DNA from: Dictyostelium discoideum
Lineage: Eukaryota
Length of the DNA stretch: 64,000 nucleotides
Reading direction: 5' to 3'
Assembly: GCA_000004695.1 (NCBI GenBank)
Contig: CM000151.3
Coordinates: 8,128,001-8,192,000 of the forward strand
In this document: one piece after another, positions 1 through 13,443 of the stretch
How positions within the stretch are numbered: the first letter of the stretch is position 1
How the letters are laid out: each line of letters starts with the position of its first letter
Position numbers and translations under genes: made by a program
Notes under the pieces: generated by a model
The model's input: the letters and a program-made list of their open reading frames with translations, nothing else
Told to the model about the DNA's origin: nothing
The model's database searches: none

Positions 1-316
1 ATAAGTGTGGTTAAGCTTGTATTTATATTTTTTATTTTTATTTTTATTTTTTTTTATTTTTTTTTTTTAGATCGAAAAGATAATTTTCATAATTGTTTTT
101 TTTTTATTTTTTTTTTATTTTTTTTTTTTATTTTTATTTTATTAACTGTTTCATTTCAATGGTAATTTGTTGAATATTTAATTAATTTATCTAAATAGAT
201 ATACAGAGAAACGATCCTTTCTTCATGGTAACTTGAAAAATTGTTTAACACTGTGTGTTTTTTTTTTTTTTTTTTTTTTTTTACCTAAAACCCCATTAAA
301 TTATAATTTTTTCCAT

Positions 317-2866
<2,550 letters not shown>

Positions 2867-3040
2867 TGACCCTTTTTTATGGAAAAAAAAAAAAATAATA
2901 TTTTTTTATTTTTTTTTTTATTTTTTTTTTTATTTTTTTTTTTTTTGAAAATTTTCATCAGAATCAGAGACCTTTTTTTTTTTTTTTTTTTTTTTTTTTC
3001 GATAGTAATATAAATTGTAAATTAAAATTAATAAATAAAA

Positions 3041-3208
3041 ATGAATCGTTTAACCTTTTATGGATTATGTTTATCAGGCGCAGTTGGTATGGGTTTATTA
3101 GTAGGTTCACCAATGTATGTGTTATTATTTTAAAATAATAAATTATTATTATATTTTTTACTATTGACGCCACCACCCATCAATATTATAATATTAACCA
3201 ACAACAAA

Positions 3209-3253
<45 letters not shown>

Positions 3254-3430
3254 AACAGTTGTAGACCAGTTTTTGGTGAATTATTAGGTGCAAATAGGGA
3301 TCAAGAAAAACGTGAAAAAGAAATTAAAATTTTAATGGCTGGTGGTACAATTGACCCACACCACAACCACCACGATGATCACCATGATAGTCATGGACAT
3401 GGTCACGGTAAAATAAAAGGACACCATTAA
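3041..3430 (+). CDS. small protein (~81 aa) with a hydrophobic N-terminal segment and a His-rich C-terminal tail; two exons, about 3041..3114 and about 3259..3430
   Basis: ATG at 3041. Exon 1 (MNRLTFYGLCLSGAVGMGLLVGSP) ends at a GTATGT donor at about 3115. An AT-rich intron containing an (AAAT)n run follows, with the acceptor AG at about 3257-3258. Exon 2 encodes ICRPVFGELLGANRDQEKREKEIKILMAGGTIDPHHNHHDDHHDSHGHGHGKIKGHH*. Phase 2 is consistent across the junction. No homologue recognised. Confidence 0.4.
3211..3254. repeat. (AAAT)n microsatellite in the intron of the small His-rich gene
   Basis: aaataaataaataaataaataaataaataaataaataaa. Confidence 0.8.
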
Positions 3431-3743
3431 TACAAAATTTTAAATATCAATATATATAAAGAAATAAAAAAAAAAAAAAAATGAAAAAAAAAAAATGAAA
3501 AATATCAATAATATGTATGTCGAACATATATAAAGAAGAAATAAAATAAAACTAAAAAATGGAAAAAAAAGAAGAAATAAAGATAGTATAATATTATAAA
3601 AAATATTTAAGTATTGTTAGCAATAGCTATAATATGTGTGTGAGTGTAAAATCTTTTTGTTTTTTTTTTTTTATTATTATGAAGATAAGATATAGATAGA
3701 ATGTACAATTTTATTATTTATTATTTATTATTTATTATTATTT

Positions 3744-4149
3744 TTATAAATCTTTTGATTTTGATTCTAAATCAGTTATTATACTATCCCAATATGCGAA
3801 TCTATTTGAAATTTCTTGAATGATGTCATTGTATGATTGTACTTTTTCTTCTAATTTCTTATTCAATTGAATTGCAATCACTTCTTGTTCAAAGTGAATA
3901 TTTTCTAATGGTTTTAAAGCTTCATTTAATTTTGGAATTGATTGAGTTGAACTTGAATTTATAAATTTCTCCAATTCTCCCAACTTTTGTAAATTCCTAG
4001 CTGTACTATAAATTTCATCCTCTGCTGATAATATAATCGCTAATTTTTCAACACTATTCAATAATGATTCATTATCAACTATTTTATTAAATAATGTTTC
4101 ATTTGATTTATCTTTATATTTTTAAAATTTAAAATTAAAATTAAAATTT

Positions 4150-4193
<44 letters not shown>

Positions 4194-4569
4194 TATATAT
4201 AAAAAGTTTAAAAAACAACATACATATTAACATGAAATTATTAATTGATTCATTTTCAGATTTAATTTTATTTAAAACAGTTTTAAATTTTTCTAAAGAG
4301 TCTGTAATTGGTTCTTGTTGTTGTTGTTGTTGTAATTGTGATGTTGATATACTTGATGCTCTTGTTCTACCACCTGATGATTGAATTTGGTTTTGTTGTG
4401 ATTGTTTTTGAGCAGATGTAATTTGATTGAATGTTGGTAATGGTATTCTTAATAATGAATCTGTTGATGTTGATTGACAACCTAATAATAAAAATTCTAA
4501 TTTATTAACTCTATCTTCTAATTCATCAATTGATATATTAATTGATTCTTCACCACTGCTACTACTCAT
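3744..4569 (-). CDS. dynactin subunit 3 (p24/p22)-like coiled-coil protein; exons about 4569..4224 and about 4111..3744
   Basis: Two minus-strand ORFs joined across a GTATGT...AG intron (about 4223..4112), phase 1. The N-terminal segment IDELEDRVNKLEFLLLG, the middle segment KLAIILSAEDEIYSTARNLQKLGELEKF and the C-terminal FAYWDSIITDLE align with human DCTN3 ([51 protein letters not shown]). Confidence 0.55.
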
Positions 4570-4654
4570 TATTATTATTATTATTATTCGTTATATTTGA
4601 AAATAAATAAAGATATTATTTAAAAATGGAGTTGTTGTGTTTGTTCAAAATGAA

Positions 4655-4685
<31 letters not shown>

Positions 4686-4945
4686 TTTTGACCAAACCCC
4701 AAAAAGTTTTCCTTTTCACTTTTTTTTTTTTTTTTTTTTTCATTTTGACAAACACTAAACTATTTTTAACTTTAAAAAAAATAAATAAATAAATATTTAT
4801 TTATTTATTTTGGAATTTAATTTTAAATAGATAAAAAAAAAAAAAAAGTAATTTAAATTGATAATATTATCAAAGACTGAGTAGATAGATAATTTTGAAA
4901 TTATAAATGATTTCTTTTTTATTTTTATTTTTATTTTTATTTTTA

Positions 4946-6724
4946 TTAAATATTAATTGATATCCAAGTAAAATTATAAATTTGTGGCATATATTGATGA
5001 GAGATTAAACTCCAATCATTCCAATTAAATGGTGGACAATCAGAAGTTACAGTTGGACCATTACGAGCAACAGCAGTAAAAGAATTTACCATATCATAAT
5101 TAATTGCTTTTCCATCGATACCACCATGAGTACCATGATAAAACCAAGAGTAAATTGGATTACCACTTGGTAAAGAACCACCTTTGATATCGAATCTAGC
5201 ATTGATTGAATTACCAGGATAACCCATACTAAATGGGTCAGTTTTATATTGATTATAATCGATGATATTCATCATATCTTGTAAAGTTTCAAGTTTTGAA
5301 TGATCTCTACGGAAAATATTAGCACGTGGATTATATTCATAGGTGAAGAGGTCACCAAATTTCTCGACATAGTATGGGTAACCAAGGATATCAAACACCT
5401 CTTCAAAGTAAGGTCTATTATAACTTGGCCAATAACCTTGCTCCCAAAGTGTGAGTGTTACATCGGCAGCTTGATAACCACCTGGATATTGTTCAACGAT
5501 CCAAAGTAAATCCGATTGTAATTCAGTTGAATAAGGTGTAAACAATTTATAATCCAATACTACAAATTGAATATTATTTGTACCACTATTATTCTCAACA
5601 AATATTGATACCCATTGGAAACCATTGTTTGCCAATCTATTAGCCACTAAGTTTCTAACCCAATACATAAATGATTGTGCATTAATTTGTTGATATAAAG
5701 TTTGATTTAAAATTGTATTTAATGTTTCAGTTAAATGTAATTTCGATGGTCTAATTTGATAGAAATCATCAATTGATACCAATAAACCTGGATATGATGA
5801 GAATAAAGTTTCACTACCATAGGGTGTTGATGCAACTGGTATATTGATTCTCTTGTAAATTCTAATCATTACACTAAAATCTGCCCAACTTGTATGAGCT
5901 GACATTAAATCACTACAATTGTTTGTTAATTTAATAATTGATGTACAATGTCCAGTTGTTGCCATTAACTGTTCAACTTCTTTTCTATCCATTGGTATAA
6001 ATTCATTGTTTGGTGTGGTTGTTAATGTAACAATATCACCCATATCACCATAAAGATTAATCATATATATTTCAATAAAAGTTTTTTGATAATCTTCACC
6101 TGCTGCTGCATTGTAACCTTCATATAAACCAATTTGTTGACTCATTGCATTTCTAATTTGAATCCAATATGGATCTGTAGTTGATGATGAATTCACTCTC
6201 TCCATCATATATTCCCAATTATCAGATACAAATGTTAATGTCTCGGTTGGTATCTCCTTAATATTAGAGGTATTGAAAAAACTATTAAAATAATTTCCAG
6301 AGAATTTATAAATATATTCCCATGTTAAATAACCTTCAAGATATCCTGCTGCTTTAAATGCAATATTATCTGAAACTGTTGAAACTGTTTCAATTGATAA
6401 TTTACCCCAACCATCTTTATTCATTTCATCTTTAAAATATCCCTTTTTTTTTAATTAAAAAAAAAAAAAAAAATTAAAAATAAAAAAAATTAATATAAAT
6501 TATTTATTAATATTATTTTTTAAATTGGTCAAAAAAAAAAAAAAAAAAAGACATACCCATGCAATTGAACCTGGTATTTGTTTACCTTGGACAACTTGGA
6601 ATTGTGATGTAAGTGAATAATATTGAACATCTGAACCACTATCACTACTACTATCACTACTCGATAAAGAGTAGGAATTTGAAATTAAAAATACAATTAC
6701 AATTAATAAAATAAATAATTTCAT
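4946..6724 (-). CDS. phospholipase B-like (PLBL/LAMA family) secreted protein; exon 1 about 6724..6557 (signal peptide), exon 2 about 6442..4946
   Basis: Exon 1 encodes MKLFILLIVIVFLISNSYS (signal peptide) up to ...GSIAW and a GTATGT donor. The acceptor AG is at about 6444-6443. Exon 2 is a 492-aa ORF (GYFKDEMNKDGWGKLSIETV...) with phospholipase-B-like sequence throughout (e.g. ATTGHCTSIIKL, SWADFSVMIRIYK, VEQYPGGYQAADV). Confidence 0.85.
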
Positions 6725-6739
6725 TTTACATGTATGTTG

Positions 6740-6783
<44 letters not shown>

Positions 6784-7122
6784 CAGTAATATTTTATAAT
6801 ATTACTGCTCGGGTTTATGTGGTGCCCATGGGAAAATAAAAAAAAATTTTTTAAAAACAATTGAAAATATCTTGGTATGCCAATCAACCAGGCAAAAAAA
6901 AAAATAATGAAAAAAATAAAAAAATAAAAATTATAAAATCTAAAATAAAATAAAAATTATAAATTTTAAGATAAAATAAAAATAAAATAAAATAAAATAA
7001 AAAAAAATAATGAATTACAATTCCATATTATTAGATTATATTATTTTTAGTTTAATTATTTACAATTTTATTGATATATTTATTTTTTTTTAAATTATGA
7101 ATTATTATTTTTATTATTGATT

Positions 7123-7753
7123 TTATCTTTTTCCACCTCTACCACCACTTCTACCACCTCTACCACCACCTCTGCTACCACCTCTACCACCACCACCACC
7201 ACCTCTACTACTGCTTCCACCTCTATTATAACCTTTACTTTTACTTGAATATACGGTTTTAATATCATGTTTATTAATGTGTAATGTGCCATTTGAAAAT
7301 CTACCAATTTTGAGACCTGGTTCATCATCTTTATTATTATTACTATTTGATTTAATTGATTTCTTTATTGGTTTTTCACCTCTTAAAATACTCTTTTTTT
7401 TTTTTTTATAATAAAATAATAAATATTAGTAGGCTTTTAAAAATTGTTTAGAAAAAAAAAAGTTTTTATATGAAATTTACTTCTGTAATTAAATTTTCTT
7501 GTTTTTCTTTTTCAATTTTATTATTTATGATGGCTTTTTTAAAAGGTAAAAAAGTTTTTTTAACTTTTCTACCACTTTTTATTAAATCATCTTCAGCTGC
7601 ACTTCTTTTAACTCTTCTTGCTACAACTTTTAAACCTAAATTTCTAATCTCTTTTGATGCATCTTTAAAATATTGTCTTTGTTCATCACCAACTTGACCA
7701 CCGACTTTAAATGGTGTACTTTTATTACCACCTCTACCACTTTTGCTACTCAT
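7123..7753 (-). CDS. Gly/Arg-rich (RGG-box) protein, ~181 aa; exons about 7753..7481 and about 7392..7123
   Basis: Exon 1 (MSSKSGRGGNKSTPFKVGGQVGDEQRQYFKDASKEIRNLGLKVVARRVKRSAAEDD...ENLITE) ends at a GTAAAT donor, with an AG acceptor. Exon 2 encodes SILRGEKPIKK...GYNRGGSSSRGGGGGGRGGSRGGGRGGRSGGRGGKR*. The ORF track shows a spurious alternative frame (poly-V/E) over the same DNA. Confidence 0.55.
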
Positions 7754-7872
7754 ATTCCTAAATATATAAATTTGTGTGTTTTGTTTTTTTAAATGAAAAT
7801 TTCCATCGTTTTTTTTTTTTTTTTGATTTCCAAATTATTTTTATTTTTTTTTTTTTATTTTTTTTTTTTGTC

Positions 7873-7905
<33 letters not shown>

Positions 7906-8498
7906 CCAACTTTCTTTTTAATAAATTATTTAATTTATTAATTACTTAATGTTAATAAAAAAAATATTAATTAATTCTTACTTTTATGGTAATATCGAAT
8001 CTCTAAAATTAAATGGTGAGATTATTTTTTTTTTTTATTTTTATATATATTATTTTTTATTATTTTTATTTTTTTTATTTTTTTTTATTATTTTTTTATT
8101 TTTTTTATTTTTTTTGGAATGAAAAATAAAATTATTAAATTTGAAATTTATAGTTTTTTTTTAGGTTTTTTTTTTATTTATATTAAACTATATAAATTAT
8201 ATTATATTTTTAATAATTTTCTTATTTTATTTTTTAAGATCTCATTTTTTTGAAAAAAAAATACAAAACAAGATTGTGTTTGAAAAAAAAAAAAAAGGCA
8301 CATCTTCCAATTTTTATTCTTAGTAAAAAATAGGTCCAAAAAAAAAAAAAAAAAAAAAAACAAATTAAATAAAACAACACACAAATTAAAAAAAAAATTT
8401 TTATTTTATTTATTTATTTTTTAATTTGTATTTTTTTAATTCATTTTTTTTTTTAATTTATTTTTTATTTATTTAATAACATATAATTTTAAATAAAA

Positions 8499-8957
8499 AT
8501 GACAAGTAAATATTGTTGCCAACATGATGAATTTTCTTTAAGAAAGCTTAAAAAAAGTGAAGATTTCACTCTTTACCTTGATGAATTACTAGATCAAGAT
8601 GAGTTTCTAAAGATTCAGCCTGGTTACTGCACAGAGGAATGTAAACAAAAAATGAAGGAGATTTATAGAATTACATTCGAACGTTATATTGAGACTATAA
8701 ACAAATATTACAGTGACAGCAGAATTTTTGAATATAACTTGGGAAAAAATCCTCGAGGATGTGATATTTGGATGTATCGAGAATTTTTCAGTACTCCACC
8801 CCCTATCTCTCCCCAAGATGAATATGCTAGAATGGTCATAAAAGCAATGAAAGTTGGTATTAAAGATGGAAAGCCTGTTAGATTATGTGAATTGCCACCT
8901 GGTGTACAATGTGATTTTGATGCAAAAAACCTACCTGATTCTGAAGAAGATGAATAG
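8499..8957 (+). CDS. hypothetical 152-aa protein with codon usage atypical for this genome
   Basis: Intact ATG-to-TAG ORF (MTSKYCCQHDEFSLRKLKK...). It uses cag, gag, aag, cga, ccc and ggt codons much more often than neighbouring genes, and local G+C is visibly higher. No recognisable domain. Confidence 0.45.
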   Translation: MTSKYCCQHDEFSLRKLKKSEDFTLYLDELLDQDEFLKIQPGYCTEECKQKMKEIYRITFERYIETINKYYSDSRIFEYNLGKNPRGCDIWMYREFFSTPPPISPQDEYARMVIKAMKVGIKDGKPVRLCELPPGVQCDFDAKNLPDSEEDE

Positions 8958-9149
8958 AAAAATAAGTGTTAATTAAATAAAAAGAACTGTTTTAAATTTT
9001 TTTATTTTATTTTACTTTTATTTTTTTTTATAACTCTTATATAAGAGAAGTAGTTTATTTTTTTTTTAATTTTTAATATTTTTTTTTTATTTCTTTTAAT
9101 TATTTTTTTTTTTCTTTTTTTATTTCTTGCACCTCTTTTAGGTGCAAAG

Positions 9150-9365
9150 TTACCATATATATCGTTGAGCTTCTTGTGCAGTTGCAAAGGTTCTAATTAG
9201 CTCTTGTTTTTCTCTAAGTCTTTGCAATCGTCTTCTTTCACTTTCTTCTTGCATCAACCTTCTTCTTTCTTCTTGTTCAGCCAATCTTTGTTGTGTTTTT
9301 TTAATTTTTATTAATTTTACCGTTTCAGGGTCTGCTTCAATTTCTTTTTTTTGATGGGCACCCAT
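9150..9365 (-). CDS. hypothetical small (71 aa) Glu/Arg/Gln-rich coiled-coil protein
   Basis: ORF MGAHQKKEIEADPETVKLIKIKKTQQRLAEQEERRRLMQEESERRRLQRLREKQELIRTFATAQEAQRYIW, convergent with the 3' end of 8499..8957. No introns evident. Confidence 0.3.
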   Translation of the reverse strand: MGAHQKKEIEADPETVKLIKIKKTQQRLAEQEERRRLMQEESERRRLQRLREKQELIRTFATAQEAQRYIW

Positions 9366-9429
9366 CGTTTTTTTTTAAAAAGTAAACCTAATGATTTATA
9401 CATGTTTATATTTAATAATTGAGAATTTT

Positions 9430-9900
9430 TATTTTATGACATTGGTTTTGAATTATTTTTAAAAAAATCATTTTAAATTTTCTTTGATTCGTTACATTTT
9501 TGTTTCTATCTAATGATCATTTTCCAATGATTTTATATTAATGGTCATTGGAAAATCCTTTAGCTAGGAATTCTATAGAGAATCATTGAGTAAATAATGG
9601 TTTCTATAGGAAATCTTTAAACAACCATTAAAAATCGTTGATTTTTCTTTGGCTCAATTTTTAATAGTTTTCTATGTAATGGTCACATCTATACCGTTAT
9701 CAATCTAAAACCATTGGAAATAACAATATCTAATGATTTTCAATAAAGTTCAATAAAATTATAAAAAAATGAAAATAATGGATTTCATTAAAAGAATTTT
9801 TTTAAAATAAGATTAAAAATTTTATTTAAAGAATTTTTTTATTGATTTCCATAAGGAAACCATTATATGATTTTTTTTTTTTGTTTTTTTTTTTTTTATA
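9430..9900. repeat. cluster of short imperfect inverted/direct repeats built on a CCATTGGAAA / TTTCCAATGG-type core
   Basis: Roughly 8 copies: gatcattttccaatgatttt, aatggtcattggaaaatcc, aatggtttctataggaaatc, aaccattaaaaatcgttgatttttc, aatggtcacatctataccgttatc, aaaccattggaaataacaa, aatggatttcattaaaag, gatttccataaggaaaccatta. Several pairs are reverse complements of each other. The region is noticeably less AT-rich than normal intergenic DNA. Confidence 0.6.
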
Positions 9901-10020
9901 AAAATGAGAAAACTATTGGTACTTTATTATAATTAAAATAAAATAAATATTAATAAATGTAAAACTTTATAAAATAAATATTATTATAATAAAAGTAATA
10001 ATAAGGATAGATTGATTTGA

Positions 10021-10075
10021 TTTCTTGAAATTAATAACGAAATTAATAACGAAATTAATAACGAAATTAATTTGA
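10021..10075. repeat. 12-bp tandem repeat (cgaaattaataa) x3 flanked by the direct repeat tttgatttct
   Basis: gatttgatttcttgaaattaataacgaaattaataacgaaattaataacgaaattaatttgatttct. Confidence 0.7.
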
Positions 10076-11056
10076 TTTCTAAAAAATGTTTATTTTTTTT
10101 TCTATTTTTAGTGTAAAAAAGGGGGAAATAATTTAATTCATCAGTGAGCTGTCATTTTTAGTTTTGAACGTTTTGCATCATCAGATTCCAATGTTTGACT
10201 ATAAATATTTTCTTTACTTTTAATCTCTTGTTTAATTATTCTCTATCACGTTTTGGTTTCATTAGACCCTTGTTATATTCCAATGCCGATGATTCATTAA
10301 TACGGTCAAACTCTTTTTGAAAAGGTGTAGGTGGTACTTTCTTTAATTTTTCGGTGAACAAAACCGATGATGATTTATCACCAGTTATAGTTTTTGAAAG
10401 TTTTTTCCTATCGATTGGCATCTCCAATGTTGAACCTTTTTTTTATAATTTTCTTTTAAATCCATTCAAATTCATTTTTTTAAAAAAAATTATTCAATCA
10501 TTTTTTTAAAAAAAAAAAAATTTAAACATTAATTAAAATTATATTTTAGAAATAAAAAAGAAAAAAATGGAGCTTTTAATTCCATTAAGTTTATTGGGAT
10601 TATATTTATTTTCAGGGACAAGAGATTCAGTTCATAAGGGAGAAGTTAAAGATGACTTGAAAGAGAAACCTATAAAAGTTAATTTTAATTTAACTGACTC
10701 TACAAAAGTTGACCATAAAACTCATCTCAAACAGTACAGTTCATTAAAACCAGGTGACACATTGGAAATATTATAACAAAAACATTTAGATCACTCTACG
10801 AAAGATTTAAAACACCCAGTATCCATTATCAATGATAAGTCTGACAGTAAAATTCATCTTAAACGAACATACCGGAAAAGTTAAAGTTAAATTTATTGAT
10901 CATACAATTCGTAGTGATGTTAGACCAATCTCATTTGGAATTAATAAAAAATAATTTATTTTCTAAAAAAAAAAAAAAAATTCTCTTTATTATTTATTAT
11001 TTATTTTTAAAATTAGTTTTGTTTTTTTAAAAAAAAAAAAAAAAGAAAGAAAAAAA

Positions 11057-12300
11057 ATGGGTATCAGTGATCAAATCAATAGTAATTTATCAAGTCAATC
11101 TCCATTTACTGTAAGTACAAACCCAAGTGATTCAATGTTTCTTCCAACAAACAGAATTGCAAAAACAGCAGATTGGAAAGAGGAGAAAAAATATTACTAT
11201 CCAAAAGAATCGATTCAAAGTATTTATGAAGGTACAACAGTTCGTATCGTAATCGATAAACAAAATGGTAGACTTTATGGTTTGGAAATGGTAGTTGAAA
11301 TTGGACCATTGACTGCAAATGGTGCTACATTTACACGTCTCTGTAGGGATGTTGCTCATTCGATGGCCTATAGTGTTTCAATATGGAATGGTAATAATGA
11401 AATTCATAGACTTCATATGGATCATGAAAGAATTGAGATGGTTTTAACTAAATTAAAACATGAAAGGGACATGGAAGATAAGATGGCCGGTTACTATGAT
11501 GATGCGACACGTACTGCATTGGGTGCAACAAAACAAAAATTAATTTTTGATTTGAATTTCTTTCATACTGTCCACACTTCTGATGCACTCTATTTAAATG
11601 CCTGGCATTGAAATACACTTATCAAATTAAGATCAATCCTTTAAGAAGATGGGTAGAAACCGATGGTACTGATCCAAAAGCTAATGATTTCAAAGTTTAT
11701 CTTCGTGCTGATATTATTCATACACCACAGGATGAATATCGTATAGTTCATAATACTATCAACACTGGTACTGGTATTTTTTCACCAATTGAACATACAG
11801 AGATGAAAGAGCGTGTAGTACTCAACGTTGGTGAATCAAAACATTATGTTCAATTAACAAACATTATTGGTAATGGTCGTTCTTATTTTGTTGTTTTAAG
11901 AAGATTGGCAGACACTGAAAATCCAAAAGCACCAAGATATGATGATTTCATGCCATGGGAAAATATGCGTTTATTACATGCCGGTAATAAGGAAGTTCAT
12001 TTACCACATAATAATATGATGGATTGTTTTAAACATTTAAAGCATCGTTTTCATTTTGATGCATCCTACAATGATGATAAATCTCCAAACAGTATGAATA
12101 TTTATGGCTTCAGTTTTTCAGCTAATCCTATCGATGTCAAAAATCGAACAGGTTGTTTTTCATTCTCACAAGCAAACAATCTTCAATTGGAAGTAACAAC
12201 AAAAACTCTAACTGAACCATGGGTACTCGATTTTTATACAGCATCCACTCAAATCATTCAACAATCTGGTAACACAGCAAAAACAATTCTCCATTATTAA
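11057..12300 (+). CDS. hypothetical ~413-aa protein encoded as two abutting ORFs (11057..11611 and about 11608..12300) related by an apparent -1 frameshift; possibly a pseudogene or mobile-element ORF
   Basis: ORF 1 (184 aa, MGISDQINSNLSSQSPF...ALYLNAWH*) ends at TGA 11609-11611. ORF 2 (230 aa, KYTYQIKINPLRRWVETDG...TILHY*) is open from the same point in the -1 frame and has no ATG of its own (the track's M is a TTG). There is no GT...AG intron of plausible size between them. Codon usage is somewhat less AT-biased than typical genes here. Confidence 0.4.
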
Positions 12301-12440
12301 AAAAAAAAATAAAAAAGTATAAAAATAAAATTTTTTTTTTTTTTTATTTAAAATTGATAAAGAATTTTTTTATTAAAAATTAAGTCTATCGTTTCGTCGT
12401 TATCTTCTTTATCTTCGTTATCGTTGTCGATGGCATTGGT

Positions 12441-13443
12441 CTATAGATTATCTACTGATTTTTTAAAGATTTTTTTCTTTAGTTTTTTCATTTCTTTCTT
12501 TTTAGTTTTTTCCTCCTGAATTAACCACCACCCAGGGCATACTGAATCAGTGGGTAATGAACCCCTCTTTATATCAAAACGAGGCAAATCTTTAAATTGA
12601 TGGTATAGATTCGTATACTCATAAGGAGTGTATCTAAAGATTTCAAATTCTTTAAAAGAACTACCGATAGTAGACTTGTGTTTGGATGATAAAAACAAAT
12701 TTTTAAATTCAAACCATTATCACCTGGCGATAAAACTTCATGAAGTAATAATGTTTCTTTAAATTCCCATAGAAATATGTGATGATTCCTATCATTTTCA
12801 TTACAAACTCTACAATTCATTAGCTCCCGTTTCCTTAGAAGATCGATTAAAACCTTCCAATGTTCATCAATTTTCTCAAGTTTATGATTAAGAAAAAAAG
12901 ATTCCAGAGCAATTTTTATATGATGTAGCCGATTATCAAATCTATAAAGATGTTCTCAAACTTAATACAGTAAAAATTGGAAAGGATTTGGATGGAAAAC
13001 AATGTTTTATTCATGAGTTTGGTTCTTATGGTGACCGTATGGTTGGAGCATTGGTTGGTAGTGATCTCTTGGGTGGTTATAGTACTTTCTTTGGAATAAT
13101 TGTTTCGGTTTTCATAAAGAATAAGGACATTTCATTAAAATAATTCCTTCCATTGGTTAAAATCGATAGAGATTATACTGTTCCTGAAATGTTTGTTCTT
13201 TACAAAGAACTTAGATCAACTGGTCAATTTGCAAAATCACCAAATCTTTACAAATTTTATTGTTCATTACTTTGGCTCTTGGTAAATATTCATGAACAAC
13301 TTAGTGACGATGGTAAAAATGGTTTCGAATCTCAAGCGATCAACTTACCTCTTTGCAATTATATATTGGTGAATCTAAACACAGCGATTCCTTCGAAATT
13401 CTTTATTTTTTTTTTTTTTTTAATAACATCGCTCAATTTATAA
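12441..13443. pseudogene. degenerate, frameshifted ORF fragments on both strands immediately upstream of the tRNA gene; candidate mobile-element or foreign-gene remnants
   Basis: Minus-strand ORFs 12569..12820 and 12441..12698 overlap in different frames, so no intron can join them. Plus-strand fragments sit at about 12896..13140 (KKIPEQFLYDVADYQIYKDVLKLNTVKIGKDLDGKQCFIHEFGSYGDRMVGALVGSDLLGGYSTFFGIIVSVFIKNKDISLK*) and 13153..13443. Several stops and frameshifts separate the pieces, and CG-containing codons are present. Confidence 0.3.

Noticed and set aside
10236-10776. small ORFs 10236..10427(-) and 10567..10776(+) as genes
   Set aside because: They are short, have no recognisable domains and sit in the atypical debris region. 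I could not exclude chance ORFs and mention them only as part of the anomalous block.
12441-12820. treating 12569..12820(-) and 12441..12698(-) as one intact gene
   Set aside because: The two ORFs overlap in different frames, so no intron can reconcile them. I kept them as pseudogene or debris rather than a CDS.
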